From an uncultured Bacilli bacterium (GTDB taxonomy: Bacteria; Bacillota_I; Bacilli_A; RF39; UBA660): a stretch of DNA of 64,000 nt. The DNA lies in assembly GCA_934096705.1 (NCBI GenBank), contig CAKOMR010000001.1:53364-117363 (forward strand), written 5' to 3'. Positions 40,177 to 50,896 of this stretch are shown piece after piece. Each line of letters opens with the position of its first letter. The stretch's first letter is position 1. Under the pieces are notes generated by a model. The model did no database searches and was not told the DNA's origin. It was given only the letters and a program-made list of their open reading frames with translations. The position numbers were made by a program, and so were the translations under genes.

Positions 40177-40623
40177 ATGTTATTTGATGATACTGGCTAT
40201 TTTAATAGCTATAGTGATATGCTTTATAATATTCCTGGATTTGATTTTGGTAAAAAGTATGAAGACAGTGCCACAGTTGAAAAAGGATTCTTAAAAGGAA
40301 ATATGTTTGATAATGAATATAAACCATATAAAAATTATACTTATATTATGCCGAAAATTAAGACAGAAAAAGATAAAGATTTATTAAAAATTATGGAAAG
40401 CTCATTTGCCATTAATGATTATGTTTTATGGCTTGATTTACATCCAAATGATGAAACTATTTTAAGTAAATATAAATCATGGTGTGAAAAACTTGAAATG
40501 CAGCTAAAAAAATATGAGGAAAAATATGGACCACTTTGTGATAATACTGGTAATAAATTTAGTACCTATAAATGGGTAGAAGGACCTTGGCCATGGGAAA
40601 GAGAGGATGCAAAATATGTTTAA
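40177..40623 (+). CDS. Spore coat protein, apparent CotJA-CotJB fusion
   Basis: The N-terminal part carries a CotJA-like GFLKGNMFDNEYKPYKNY. The C-terminal part is CotJB-like: YVLWLDLHPNDETILSKYKSWCEKLEMQLKKYEEKYGPL...GPWPWE. The gene directly precedes cotJC. Confidence 0.6.
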   Translation: MLFDDTGYFNSYSDMLYNIPGFDFGKKYEDSATVEKGFLKGNMFDNEYKPYKNYTYIMPKIKTEKDKDLLKIMESSFAINDYVLWLDLHPNDETILSKYKSWCEKLEMQLKKYEEKYGPLCDNTGNKFSTYKWVEGPWPWEREDAKYV

Positions 40624-41173
40624 ATATGATAAAAAACTTGCTTATCCAATATCTATTTCTAAAAAAGACTTAAAAATGGCAAAATATTTAATTACTCAGT
40701 TTGGTGGCCCGAATGGTGAACTTGGAGCTTCGATGAGATATTTTTCTCAAAAATTTACGATGCCCGATGATAAAGGAAGAGCATTACTTAATGATATTGC
40801 TACTGAGGAACTTGGTCATGTTGAAATGATTTGTGCTATGGTTCATGAACTTACTAAAAATGCCACAGTTGAAGAGCTTGAACAAGCAGGCCTTGGTAGT
40901 TATTATACTGAGCATGGAGTAGGAATATTCCCAGTAGATGCTACGGGTAATCCATTTACTTGTGCATATTTTGCAGTAACAGGTGATGTACTTGCAAACC
41001 TTTCTGAGGACATGGCAGCCGAAGAAAAAGCAAGAGCTACATATGAAGGATTAATTAACCAAACTAAAGATGAAGATATTATTGGACCACTATTATTTTT
41101 AAGACAAAGAGAAATTATTCATTTTAATAGATTTAAAGAACTATATGATTATTACAAAAACAAGGGATATTGA
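40607..41173 (+). CDS. cotJC: Spore coat protein CotJC (manganese catalase-like)
   Basis: KKLAYPI....DLKMAKYLITQFGGPNGELGASMRYFSQ..TMPD...ATEELGHVEMI matches CotJC. Confidence 0.8.
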   Translation: MQNMFKYDKKLAYPISISKKDLKMAKYLITQFGGPNGELGASMRYFSQKFTMPDDKGRALLNDIATEELGHVEMICAMVHELTKNATVEELEQAGLGSYYTEHGVGIFPVDATGNPFTCAYFAVTGDVLANLSEDMAAEEKARATYEGLINQTKDEDIIGPLLFLRQREIIHFNRFKELYDYYKNKGY

Positions 41174-41222
41174 TTATTCCTTTTTTTAAGCATTAATTTT
41201 CTTTATTATCATATATTTTAAT

Positions 41223-41744
41223 ATGAAAAAAATTATAAATTATAGCATTTTCGTAGCATTTATTTTGGGTGTTATTTTTTCTTTTGTATATCCATTTAAT
41301 ATTTCTAATTATAATTTTTTAATAAATGTTTTTTCTTTTAAAGCATTTTTTTATATTTTTACTCTTGCAATTTTATTTATAATTCTTCCTTTTTTTAGTA
41401 TAAATTTTTCTTTAACATTTTTACTTTTTGAAAGTTTTTCTTTTGGATATATCATTATACTATTTTTTAAAAACTTTGGTTATAAAGGAATTATTTTTAT
41501 TTTATTATTTACACTTATATTTAAATTAATTAATTATTTTATTTTATATTTACTTTCATTTTATTCATTTAAATTAATTAAACATATTTATTTAAATATA
41601 TTTTCTAAATATCGTAGAAATATCAATAATCTTCATTTATATATGAAAAAAATTACTTTGATGTCAATTATCTTTTTTATCCTTAATATAGTATTATTAA
41701 TATGTAGTAACTTTATTATTCCTTACTTAAAAAACTTGTTATAG
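41223..41744 (+). CDS. Hypothetical polytopic membrane protein (possibly SpoIIM/DUF95-like)
   Basis: Five predicted TM helices. Its position after the cotJ genes is the only functional hint. Confidence 0.3.
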   Translation: MKKIINYSIFVAFILGVIFSFVYPFNISNYNFLINVFSFKAFFYIFTLAILFIILPFFSINFSLTFLLFESFSFGYIIILFFKNFGYKGIIFILLFTLIFKLINYFILYLLSFYSFKLIKHIYLNIFSKYRRNINNLHLYMKKITLMSIIFFILNIVLLICSNFIIPYLKNLL

Positions 41745-41786
41745 TGTTTTTATCTCATTTGTGCTAAAATAACTTTAGTGATTTAT

Positions 41787-42893
41787 ATGAAAAAAGTTGT
41801 AATTGGTATGAGCGGTGGAGTAGATAGCGCTGTTGGAGCATATTTACTTAAAAATGAGGGCTATGAAGTAATAGGCCTTTTTATGCGTAATTGGGATAGT
41901 AATATTAATAATGATATTTTAGGAAATCCTAATGATACAAATGATATTTGCCCTCAGGAGAAAGATTATAATGATGCAAAAAAAGTTTGTGAGCATTTAG
42001 GCATTAAACTTTATAGAATAGATTTTATTAAGGAATACTGGGATTATGTATTTACTTATTTTTTAGAGGAACTAAAAAAGGGTAGAACTCCAAATCCAGA
42101 TATGCTTTGTAATAAATATATAAAATTTGATTTGTTTGTTAAAGAAGCAAGAAGACTTGGAGCAGATTTTATTGCCACGGGTCATTATGCTAGAATCGAA
42201 GGAAATAGACTTTTAAGAGCTAAAGATTTAAATAAAGATCAAACTTATTTTTTAGCAGATGTAAATGTAAATAATTTTAAAGATGTACTTTTTCCTGTTG
42301 GAGACTATACAAAACCAGAAATTAGAGAAATTGCTAAAAAAGCACAAATTCCTGTATTTGATAAAAAAGATTCTACGGGTATATGTTTTATAGGCGAAAG
42401 AAATTTTCAAAAATTTATGTCTAATTATTTAAAACCAAATCCTGGAGATATAATAAATGTAGAAACCTTAGAAAAAATAGGCACTCATACAGGACTTATG
42501 AATTATACAATCGGTCAAAGAAAAAATGTAGGTCTTTCTGGTGATGAAGAAAGACATTATGTTTGTGGAAAGGATACTAAAAAAAATATTTTATATGTAG
42601 CATACGGAGATTCAGAGTATCTATATTCTGATGAATGCATTATTGATAATGTAAATTTTATATCAAGTAAAAGGCCGTCATTTTGTACATGCAAATTTAG
42701 ATATAGAGGAGAGGATCATCCAGTTGCTTTAGAGTACTTAGAGGGTAATAAAATAAGGGTTATATATAAAGGAAAAGCTAAAAGCGTTACACCAGGTCAA
42801 GCATGCGTATTATATGATGGACAAGAGTGCCTTGGCTGTGGATTTATTGACAGCGTTTATAAAGATGGTAAAAAACTATGGTATTTAAATTAA
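41787..42893 (+). CDS. mnmA: tRNA-specific 2-thiouridylase MnmA
   Basis: PP-loop VVIGMSGGVDSAV, catalytic Cys region GICFIGERNF. Confidence 0.85.
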   Translation: MKKVVIGMSGGVDSAVGAYLLKNEGYEVIGLFMRNWDSNINNDILGNPNDTNDICPQEKDYNDAKKVCEHLGIKLYRIDFIKEYWDYVFTYFLEELKKGRTPNPDMLCNKYIKFDLFVKEARRLGADFIATGHYARIEGNRLLRAKDLNKDQTYFLADVNVNNFKDVLFPVGDYTKPEIREIAKKAQIPVFDKKDSTGICFIGERNFQKFMSNYLKPNPGDIINVETLEKIGTHTGLMNYTIGQRKNVGLSGDEERHYVCGKDTKKNILYVAYGDSEYLYSDECIIDNVNFISSKRPSFCTCKFRYRGEDHPVALEYLEGNKIRVIYKGKAKSVTPGQACVLYDGQECLGCGFIDSVYKDGKKLWYLN

Positions 42894-42947
42894 TTTTATG
42901 ATATTATAAGATAGTAGTACAATATTAATAGTAGAGAGGTTTTTTAC

Positions 42948-44411
42948 ATGAATAAAAATAAGTTTAAAACATTTTTAAATAACTTAAAAATTGCTTTTAA
43001 TAAAAATAAGAAAAAAAGTATTACTATTTTAGTTATTTTAATTCTTTCAATTATATCAAGTGTAACACTTATTGCATATTCTTTTTATGTAAATAGATCT
43101 CAAAATTTAATTATATCTGGTATTGCTTCGCTTGATTCAAGTGATGTAAAAATTGATATTTATAGAGAAGATCGTGATTCAAATGGTACAGGAATTGGAA
43201 CATATTCACTTTCATATTATGTTCCAGGGGAAACAACTTATACTTATAATACAAGTAAAACATCTTGCGATGATGGAGTGACTATAAATAGTTTTAGTAA
43301 TAGCGTTTTTGCTGTAAATGCTACGAAAAAAGGAAAATGCAAAGTATACTTTGATGCTATAGACGGCTATATCGAAGATTATGTTGTTAATTTATTTGTT
43401 CAACAAACTCCAGGAAATACTGATAATAGCAATTATAATCAAATGGGTAAATTGCCTAAAATAGAAACGGGATATCATTATATTATTAATTCTTCGAAAA
43501 CTAGTTGTAGCCCTACAGCAACAGTATCCATTTCAGGAACCAATATAGTTGTAGAAACAACACAAAAGACAACTTGCACAGTTTATGTAGATAAAGAAGT
43601 ATATACTGCGGTACCTACAATAAGTACAGTATCTGTAAATGGTTATAAAATAAATACAACAATTACAGATGATCTTGGGATTCAAGAATATGGATATAGT
43701 ACTAGTAATACTGTCGAACCATCAGTTTATAAATCGATTAAAGAATCCAAAACTGTTACGATATCTGATGTTTTAGAAAATGGAACATATTATTTGTGGG
43801 CTAAAAATCTAGCTGGAAATACTTCTGTATCATCTGCATTTACTGTTAGTGTTACATTAACATTTGCAATAAATGATCTTGGCGTTGGAAGTAATTATGT
43901 TTATGCAACATTTACTTCACCTACAGGTATTGGGGGATATGGAATTGCTTATGATCAATATACAAAACCAACTGTTCAAACACCTAATGATATGTATAAT
44001 GCAAAAGTGTATAAATTTTATGAATCGTTACCATACAATGGAACATATTATTTATATTTATACAATAAAAGTAATGCTTCAGTACATAAACAATTTACTT
44101 TAAAAACATCAACATCTCCAACAATATCAAGTGTTATGTGGTATGGTAGTACTGGAACAAATAAAAAGTTAGGGTTTACACTTAAAGATAGTCAAGGATT
44201 AGCTGGCTTTCAAGTTGTGTCTTCAATAAGCAAATATAGTAGTAATAACTGGCTAAGTATTAGTGGAACATCTTTAACAGTTCCGGATGGTTATGGCGAT
44301 GGATCGAGAAAATTCGGTTATATTGGAATGAATTATATTTTTGTAAAGAATGAGCTTGGCGAAATAACTTTTTATGCTAAAAAAGTTAGTAGCTCAAACG
44401 CAGAAATATAA
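42948..44411 (+). CDS. Secreted repetitive surface protein (487 aa), paralog family member
   Basis: N-terminal TM/signal. Two Cys-bracketed modules (TSKTSCDDGVTINSFSNSVFAVNATKKGKCKVYFD and SSKTSCSPTATVSISGTNIVVETTQKTTCTVYVDK) resemble the module in the 24097 ORF. The rest is Thr/Ser/Tyr-rich. Confidence 0.45.
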   Translation: MNKNKFKTFLNNLKIAFNKNKKKSITILVILILSIISSVTLIAYSFYVNRSQNLIISGIASLDSSDVKIDIYREDRDSNGTGIGTYSLSYYVPGETTYTYNTSKTSCDDGVTINSFSNSVFAVNATKKGKCKVYFDAIDGYIEDYVVNLFVQQTPGNTDNSNYNQMGKLPKIETGYHYIINSSKTSCSPTATVSISGTNIVVETTQKTTCTVYVDKEVYTAVPTISTVSVNGYKINTTITDDLGIQEYGYSTSNTVEPSVYKSIKESKTVTISDVLENGTYYLWAKNLAGNTSVSSAFTVSVTLTFAINDLGVGSNYVYATFTSPTGIGGYGIAYDQYTKPTVQTPNDMYNAKVYKFYESLPYNGTYYLYLYNKSNASVHKQFTLKTSTSPTISSVMWYGSTGTNKKLGFTLKDSQGLAGFQVVSSISKYSSNNWLSISGTSLTVPDGYGDGSRKFGYIGMNYIFVKNELGEITFYAKKVSSSNAEI

Positions 44412-44445
44412 TAATAAATAATAAATAATAAACATACTATTTATC

Positions 44446-44676
44446 ATGAATAGTATGTTTTTATCTGAAATGCAAGAAAAAGAAATTATATCAATAGAAA
44501 CAGGATTAAATTATGGACATATTGTTGATTGTGAAATAAATGAAGAAGGTAAAATAATTTCTTTTGTAGCGGAAAATCGAAAAATTTTTAAAAAGCCACT
44601 TAGTAATAATGAAGTAACTTTTACATACTTAGATATAGTTAAAGTAGGAAAAGATGTAATACTTGTTAAAGTTTAA
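44446..44676 (+). CDS. YlmC/YmxH-family PRC-barrel sporulation protein
   Basis: LSEMQEKEIISIETGLNYGHIVDCEIN.EGKII.....IVKVGKDVILVKV parallels B. subtilis YlmC. The start is uncertain (44446, 44455 or 44470). Confidence 0.5.
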   Translation: MNSMFLSEMQEKEIISIETGLNYGHIVDCEINEEGKIISFVAENRKIFKKPLSNNEVTFTYLDIVKVGKDVILVKV

Positions 44677-44698
44677 AAAATTGTTTATAATAAATAAT

Positions 44699-45172
44699 AT
44701 GAAAAAGAAAATTATTATTTATAGTGCATTAATTTTTTTGATTGATCAAATAAGTAAATTTGTATTAGATAAAGTTTTAGTTCTTGGAAAAAGCGTAAAG
44801 ATTTTTGATAGATTTTTATATATAACAAAAGTGTATAATGATGGAGTAAGTTTTAGTATGCTTACTGGTAAAAGATTTTTTATAATATTGATAAGTATTT
44901 TAATATTAGTTTTCCTATGTTTATATATGAAAAAATTTAAAAATAATAAACGTAATATAATTGCTTTTTCTTGTATCTATGGTGGACTAATTGGTAATTT
45001 AATTGATAGAATAATTCATGGTTATGTAATTGACTTTATAGATTTTTATATTTTTAATTACAATTATCCTATATTTAATATAGCAGATGCATCAATATGT
45101 ATTGGTGTATGTTTATTAATATATAGTATTTATTTAGGGGAAGATAATGAAGTTAGTAGTAAAGGAAAATAA
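44699..45172 (+). CDS. lspA: Lipoprotein signal peptidase II
   Basis: YNDGVSFSML, GNLIDRI, FNIADASI conserved LspA motifs. Confidence 0.8.
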   Translation: MKKKIIIYSALIFLIDQISKFVLDKVLVLGKSVKIFDRFLYITKVYNDGVSFSMLTGKRFFIILISILILVFLCLYMKKFKNNKRNIIAFSCIYGGLIGNLIDRIIHGYVIDFIDFYIFNYNYPIFNIADASICIGVCLLIYSIYLGEDNEVSSKGK

Positions 45173-46028
45173 TAAAAGAATTGATAAATATATAAGTGAA
45201 AACACTGAGTATTCAAGAAGCTATATTGAAAAACTTATAAAAAATGGATTAGTTTTAGTAAATGGTAAATCCACTATAGAAAGTTATAAAGTTTGTGAAT
45301 CTGATGAAATTGAAATAAATGATAACTTAGATAAAAATACTGGTATTAAGCCAAGTGAAATGAATCTTGACATTGTTTATGAAGATGATGATTTAATGAT
45401 TATTAATAAGCCAAGTGGGGTAGTTGTTCATCCTGGTGCGGGAAATTATGATAATACTTTAGTAAATGGACTTGTTAATTACACAAACAACTTAAGTAAT
45501 ATAAATGGTGATGTAAGACCTGGAATAGTTCATAGACTTGATAAGGATACTTCAGGCCTTATGGTTGTAGCAAAAAATAATAAATCTCATGAGTTACTAT
45601 CAGAAATGTTTAAAAATCATGATATAAAAAGGACATATGTTGCCTTAGCAAACGGAGTTATTCCCTATAATAAAGGAACTATTGATGTTCCTATTAAAAG
45701 GGATGATAAACATTTTGATAAAATGATGGCTTGCGAAGATGGTAAAAAAGCAATAACACATTTTAAAGTTTTAAAAAGATATAATAATTATACTTTATTA
45801 TCATTAAACTTAGAAACAGGAAGAACTCATCAGATAAGGGTTCACTTAGCATATTTAGGCTATCCTGTATATAATGATCCTGTTTACAGTGGTAAATCAT
45901 GTACTTTATTTGGACAATTTTTACATTCAAAAGAAATTGATTTTGTCCATCCAATAACAGGAAAAAAACTTCATTTTGAAGTACCATTACCAAATGAGTT
46001 TAAAGAGTTTATAGATAATTTAAAATAA
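45147..46028 (+). CDS. rluD: RluA-family 23S rRNA pseudouridine synthase (RluD-like)
   Basis: S4 domain N-terminus, HRLDKDTSGLMVVAKN catalytic Asp motif. Confidence 0.8.
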   Translation: MKLVVKENNKRIDKYISENTEYSRSYIEKLIKNGLVLVNGKSTIESYKVCESDEIEINDNLDKNTGIKPSEMNLDIVYEDDDLMIINKPSGVVVHPGAGNYDNTLVNGLVNYTNNLSNINGDVRPGIVHRLDKDTSGLMVVAKNNKSHELLSEMFKNHDIKRTYVALANGVIPYNKGTIDVPIKRDDKHFDKMMACEDGKKAITHFKVLKRYNNYTLLSLNLETGRTHQIRVHLAYLGYPVYNDPVYSGKSCTLFGQFLHSKEIDFVHPITGKKLHFEVPLPNEFKEFIDNLK

Positions 46029-46037
46029 GGAGAAGCA

Positions 46038-47174
46038 ATGGATAAAGTAAACGTTAGGAAACAAGATCAAATATTAATGAGTTTAGTACATTATTTTGTT
46101 ACAAAAGAAGGCTATTCTCCGATATTTGTTCAAGGTGTAAAAGATGAAATATGGCTTGAAAATGTTGATGGACCATATAGAATAATTAGAATTAATAATA
46201 ATTATATACATAATGAAGAACAATATACGTTTGAACAGTTTAAAATAAAAAACGTTATGAAACAAATAAAAAAGAAAACTTTATCGTTTTCAATTAATAC
46301 TTTAAATATAGATTTAAATGTTTCTGATAGAGTTAAAATTGAACCTAATAAGGATATAGATAATGTAAGTGTTCATGAACTTGAGGATATTAAAAAGAAC
46401 GAAGAAATTATTTCTGTATTTCCAAGTATTAAATCTGATTTATATGAAAGTGGTAATAGTTTAGATTTACTTTTAAATGTTACCAAAGACATAAATAATA
46501 AAACTGAAACAGATAATAAAAAGTTTGAAAAAATATTTTCTAAGAAAAAACTTGTTGTTACATATTTAATAATGCTTATATGTATTTTAATGTATGTTTT
46601 AGTAGTTTTCATGGGTGCAAGTAACAAAGCTTACCTTCTTTTAGGAGCTAATCTAAAAAGTCTTGTAAAAAGTGGTCAAATATATAGACTTATTACATAT
46701 GCATTTTTGCATGGCGGTTTAGTTCATTTAATAACTAATATGTATTCACTATATATCATTGGAAGTCAAATTGAAAATAATTATGGAAAATTAAAATTTA
46801 TTTTTATATACTTAGTAAGTGCTTTAACTGGAGGACTTCTTAGTGCAATATTTAATAATAATATAAGTATTGGTGCAAGTGGAGCAATTTTTGGTCTTCT
46901 TGGAGCTCTTGTATATTTTGGCTTTCATTTTAGATTATATTTATCAGATGCTCTTAAAACAAGAATTATTCCAGTTATATTAATTAACCTTTTGATTGGA
47001 TTTATGGTTACAGGTATTGATAATGCATGTCATATAGGTGGTCTTATAGGTGGATATTTAGCTGCGATGGCAGTAGGTATTCCTGAAGTTGAAAATAAAA
47101 AAGATAAAATTAATGGAGTAATACTTCTATTGATATATATAGCATTTATGAGTTATTTATTATTTTTTAGATAA
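46038..47174 (+). CDS. Rhomboid-family intramembrane serine protease with an N-terminal cytoplasmic domain (GluP/YqgP-like)
   Basis: Catalytic GASGAIFGLLGA and ...HIGGLIGGYL (Ser/His dyad) within a 6-TM core. Confidence 0.7.
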   Translation: MDKVNVRKQDQILMSLVHYFVTKEGYSPIFVQGVKDEIWLENVDGPYRIIRINNNYIHNEEQYTFEQFKIKNVMKQIKKKTLSFSINTLNIDLNVSDRVKIEPNKDIDNVSVHELEDIKKNEEIISVFPSIKSDLYESGNSLDLLLNVTKDINNKTETDNKKFEKIFSKKKLVVTYLIMLICILMYVLVVFMGASNKAYLLLGANLKSLVKSGQIYRLITYAFLHGGLVHLITNMYSLYIIGSQIENNYGKLKFIFIYLVSALTGGLLSAIFNNNISIGASGAIFGLLGALVYFGFHFRLYLSDALKTRIIPVILINLLIGFMVTGIDNACHIGGLIGGYLAAMAVGIPEVENKKDKINGVILLLIYIAFMSYLLFFR

Positions 47175-47215
47175 AAAAATACCTTAGTTTAGAACTAAAG
47201 TATTTTTTATTTTTG
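47175..47215. terminator. Bidirectional terminator between the rhomboid gene and rpmB
   Basis: ataccttagtttagaactaaagtat hairpin with flanking A and T runs. Confidence 0.6.
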
Positions 47216-47377
47216 TTTTTTATTAATTGTTTTTGCTTCTCTTGCAGAAATAATAACTTTTTCTCCATTTATAGTTTTCTTTTGAAGATTAGGCTTTTGA
47301 ACTCTTTTTGTAGCATTTAATGCATGAGATCTATTATTTCCTGATAAAGGTTTCTTATTAGTTATTTTAGTAGCCAT
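47207..47377 (-). CDS. rpmB: 50S ribosomal protein L28
   Basis: [34 protein letters not shown]. The minus-strand AAGGAGG RBS sits 8 nt before this ATG, so the longer track ORF (to 47416) is probably a 5' over-extension. Confidence 0.8.
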   Translation of the reverse strand: MATKITNKKPLSGNNRSHALNATKRVQKPNLQKKTINGEKVIISAREAKTINKKQK

Positions 47378-47496
47378 TAATTTGCCTCCTTTTTCATTAC
47401 CTTTAAACTTTAACATAATTAAAGGGAAAAGTCAATTTTTTATATAAGTTTTATATATATAAAAACCTAGTTATCTAGATTAAAATGTTTTTTTGT

Positions 47497-47509
47497 TATA
47501 TAATGAGTA
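47497..47509 (+). promoter_or_regulatory. Extended -10 element (TGtTATATAAT) upstream of ruvA
   Basis: tttttgttatataatgag, then GGGAGG RBS and ATG at 47524. Confidence 0.35.
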
Positions 47510-47523
47510 GGGAGGATTAAAAA

Positions 47524-48078
47524 ATGTATCGTTATATAATTGGAAAAGTTAAAGAACAAGAGGGAAATTTTATTGTAGTAGAATGTAATAATATTGGCTA
47601 TTTAATAAATGTATCAAACCCTTATTCTTATGAAATAGATAAAGAATATAAAATTTATTTATATAATCATATAAAGGAAGATGAAAATTCTTTATATGGC
47701 TTTAAGCTAAAAGAGGAACTTGATTTATTTTTAAAGTTAATAAATGTTAAAGGGTTAGGTCCTAAAATGGCAAATGGATTTTTTGCAACAGGCAGTGTAA
47801 ATGGAATAATCGATGCTATTAATAGAGAAAATGTTTTATATTTAACTAAGTTTCCTAAAATAGGTGAGAAGATTGCTAAGCAAATTATACTTGATTTGAA
47901 AGGAAAGGTTACTGCTGTAGATACAGGTAATATTTCTGATACAAGTAATGAACTTTATGAAGTACTTGAAAGTCTAGGTTATAAGACAAGTGAAATTAAT
48001 AAAGTTGTAAAAAATGTTTCTTCAGAGCAAAGCGTTGAAATGCAAGTAAAAGAGGCATTGAAACTATTATTGAGGTAA
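47524..48078 (+). CDS. ruvA: Holliday junction DNA helicase RuvA
   Basis: MYRYIIGKV...VVECNNIGYLINV, HhH motifs LINVKGLGPKMA. Confidence 0.85.
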   Translation: MYRYIIGKVKEQEGNFIVVECNNIGYLINVSNPYSYEIDKEYKIYLYNHIKEDENSLYGFKLKEELDLFLKLINVKGLGPKMANGFFATGSVNGIIDAINRENVLYLTKFPKIGEKIAKQIILDLKGKVTAVDTGNISDTSNELYEVLESLGYKTSEINKVVKNVSSEQSVEMQVKEALKLLLR

Positions 48079-48079
48079 T

Positions 48080-48592
48080 ATGAAAGTAGGAATAGATTTT
48101 GATAATACAATTGTAAATACTTTTGAAACATCTAAAAAATATTTAGATAAGTTTTTGCCTGATAATAATTTAAAAAGTTATCATGAACTGCCAAAAGAGC
48201 AAGAATGGTATTTTGTAGAGCATTATTTTAATGATATAACTAAAGATTTAACTCTTTTTGATAATGTTTTAAATGCTATAGACTTTTTTAAGAAAAATGA
48301 TATAAAGGTAGTTCTTATTACCGCAAGGGGAGGACATTATCCTGAAATTATCGAGGAAACTAAAAAATTTATAGAAAAAAATAATATACCTTTTGATGAA
48401 ATGATTTTTTCTGTCTATCCAAAAGGTAAAGAAGCAAAAGAATATGAATTAGATTATGTTATTGATGATAGTATTGATGTAGTAAATGATGTAAGAAATC
48501 ATGGAGTAAACGCACTTTTATATGGTGAAGATGTAAAAAACTGGCAAGAAGTAATTGATTATTTTGAGAAGGAGGTATTATGCCACGAATAG
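48080..48592 (+). CDS. HAD-superfamily hydrolase (5'-nucleotidase-like) inserted between ruvA and ruvB
   Basis: DxD motif [11 protein letters not shown] at the N-terminus, and a later VLITARGG. Translationally coupled to both neighbours. Confidence 0.5.
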   Translation: MKVGIDFDNTIVNTFETSKKYLDKFLPDNNLKSYHELPKEQEWYFVEHYFNDITKDLTLFDNVLNAIDFFKKNDIKVVLITARGGHYPEIIEETKKFIEKNNIPFDEMIFSVYPKGKEAKEYELDYVIDDSIDVVNDVRNHGVNALLYGEDVKNWQEVIDYFEKEVLCHE

Positions 48593-49581
48593 TAGATGCA
48601 AATGAACAAAATGAAGAAATATTTGAACAAAATATAAGACCTCAACTTCTTGATGAATATGTTGGCCAAACAGAAATTAAAGAAAATATGCGTGTTTTTA
48701 TTAAAGCTGCAAAAATTCGTGGAGAAGTACTAGATCATGTTTTACTTTATGGTCCTCCGGGACTTGGAAAAACAACACTTGCTCACATAATTGCAAATGA
48801 AATGGGTACAAATATTAGAACAACATCAGGACCTGCTATGGAAAAGCCTGGTGATCTTGCGGCCGTTTTATCTTCGCTTGAACCAGGGGATGTATTATTT
48901 ATTGATGAAATACATAGACTCCCATCTTTTATTGAAGAAATATTATATCCAGCGATGGAAGATTTTGAACTTGATTTAGTTATTGGTAATGAAGGAAAAA
49001 GTAAAAGTATAAAAATCGATTTGCCTCCATTTACTTTAGTTGGAGCAACTACAAGAGCAGGTGATTTAACTTCACCACTAAGAGATAGATTTGGTATAGT
49101 AAATAAACTAGAGTATTATTCTTTTGATGAACTTGCGGGAATTATAAAAAGAACAAGCAAAGTATTAAATATGGAAATTGAAGATGATGCTGCTTTTGAA
49201 CTTGCCAAAAGAGCAAGAAAAACTCCGAGAATTGCTAATAGACTTTTTAAAAGAGTTAGTGATTTTGCTTTAGTTTTAGGTAATGGTAAAATTACCTTAG
49301 ATATTACTAAAGACGCATTAAAAAGACTTAAAGTTGATGACTATGGACTTGATAGTATTGATATAGAATATTTAAAAAGTTTAATTCAAAAATTTAATGG
49401 CGGACCTGTTGGTGTTGAAACAATTGCAACCTCAATTGGTGAAGAGGTATCGACAATCGAAGATGTTGTTGAACCATTTTTACTTCAGGAAGGCTTTATA
49501 AAAAGAACTAAAAGTGGAAGAGTTGCTACAAGTAAAAGTTATGATCATTTAAAGATTAGTTTTAATAGAACTTTGTTTTAG
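48580..49581 (+). CDS. ruvB: Holliday junction DNA helicase RuvB
   Basis: AAA+ Walker [15 protein letters not shown], Walker [11 protein letters not shown]. Confidence 0.9.
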   Translation: MPRIVDANEQNEEIFEQNIRPQLLDEYVGQTEIKENMRVFIKAAKIRGEVLDHVLLYGPPGLGKTTLAHIIANEMGTNIRTTSGPAMEKPGDLAAVLSSLEPGDVLFIDEIHRLPSFIEEILYPAMEDFELDLVIGNEGKSKSIKIDLPPFTLVGATTRAGDLTSPLRDRFGIVNKLEYYSFDELAGIIKRTSKVLNMEIEDDAAFELAKRARKTPRIANRLFKRVSDFALVLGNGKITLDITKDALKRLKVDDYGLDSIDIEYLKSLIQKFNGGPVGVETIATSIGEEVSTIEDVVEPFLLQEGFIKRTKSGRVATSKSYDHLKISFNRTLF

Positions 49582-49696
49582 TAAAACTAATCTTTTTGTT
49601 TATAATTTGAAAACCTTTTGCTAGTATATAATTGTCAGAGTTTTAGTAAGGAGAAGATGACCAATTTTTATAATGCTGGTACAGGTTTTATAAAAG

Positions 49697-49981
49697 ATGG
49701 AGCTTTTAAAAGAATTTTTAGTTTTGTTTATATCTAAAGTATTAAATATTTCTTATCATGAAGTAGATGATAATTTAGTTATATTAGATAATGGAATAAG
49801 TGATAATCTAAATGTAAAAAATAAACAAACGGATTTATTATATGAAAGTGTTGGCATAATAATAAACATCGAAGATAATGGAAGTATGACAAAAGTAGTT
49901 AAAGATAAAAATACTGCTTATATTTGTCAGCTTTATCTAAGGCAAATTAAAATAATTTCAGCTATTTATTACAAAATATAA
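49697..49981 (+). CDS. Hypothetical small protein upstream of sigG
   Basis: ORF only. Confidence 0.25.
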   Translation: MELLKEFLVLFISKVLNISYHEVDDNLVILDNGISDNLNVKNKQTDLLYESVGIIINIEDNGSMTKVVKDKNTAYICQLYLRQIKIISAIYYKI

Positions 49982-50119
49982 TTACAGATTTGTATTCATC
50001 TATTAGCTAAAATTTGTATTAATTCAAAATATTTTTATAGTGTGGAAAATTTTCCATACTTTTTTGTGTTTGAATAAAAAACTTTGTTTTTAATCAAAAT
50101 ATGTGTGAAAGGATGAAAA

Positions 50120-50896
50120 ATGAGTAATTACAAAGTTGATATAACCGGAATAAATACAAGTACTTTAAAATGTCTAACTCATGAAGAAAATGTTAAATTA
50201 TTTAAGATGCTTCAAAATGGAGATTTAAAGGCAAAAGAATATTTAGTAAATGGTAATTTAAAATTAGTTCTATCTGTATTAAAGGGATTTAATAAAAAAT
50301 CAATTAATCAGGATGATTTATTTCAAGTTGGCGTTATTGGCTTAATAAAAGCGATAGATAATTTTGACTTATCTTATAACTTAAAACTATCTACATATGC
50401 AGTTCCTTTGATAGCAGGAGAAATAAAAAAATATTTAAGGGATAATACACAAATGCGTGTTGCAAGAAGTATAAAAGATGATGCATATAGAATATTAAAA
50501 TTTAAAGAAGAGTATATTAGTGTTCATGGAAAAGAACCACTTTTTAGTGAAATAGCTTCATCTTTAGGAATAAGTGAATATGATGTAGGTTTTGCTTTAG
50601 ATGCCTTAAAAGAACCAGTAAGTATATTTGCTCCAATATATAATGATGGGGGAGATACAATTTATTTAGAAGATCAGTTAGCGGATACAAAAAGTGCAAA
50701 CTATGATAAAGATATGTTAATATCTATGTATAAAGCTTTAAAGAAAATTAAAGATAGAGAAAAGTCTGTTTTAATGGAAAGATATGTTATTGGTAAAACT
50801 CAAACTGAAATAGCAAATGATTTAAATATTTCTCAAGCTCAAGTATCAAGAATAGAAAAAACAGCTTTAGTAAAAGTAAGGAAACTTATTAAATGA
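50120..50896 (+). CDS. sigG: Sporulation sigma factor sigma-G
   Basis: YLVNGNLKLVLSVLKGF....DDLFQVGVIGLIKAIDNFDLS.N.KLSTYAVPLIAGEIKKYLRDN...PVSIFAPIYNDGGDTIYL...TQTEIANDLNISQAQVSRIEK matches SigG nearly block for block. Confidence 0.85.
   Translation: MSNYKVDITGINTSTLKCLTHEENVKLFKMLQNGDLKAKEYLVNGNLKLVLSVLKGFNKKSINQDDLFQVGVIGLIKAIDNFDLSYNLKLSTYAVPLIAGEIKKYLRDNTQMRVARSIKDDAYRILKFKEEYISVHGKEPLFSEIASSLGISEYDVGFALDALKEPVSIFAPIYNDGGDTIYLEDQLADTKSANYDKDMLISMYKALKKIKDREKSVLMERYVIGKTQTEIANDLNISQAQVSRIEKTALVKVRKLIK

Noticed and set aside
44412-44432. aataaat x3 tandem repeat (CRISPR-like or minisatellite?)
   Set aside because: Only three 7-nt units of A/T sequence lie between a stop codon and a terminator hairpin. 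There are no spacers and no cas genes, so this is not a CRISPR array.
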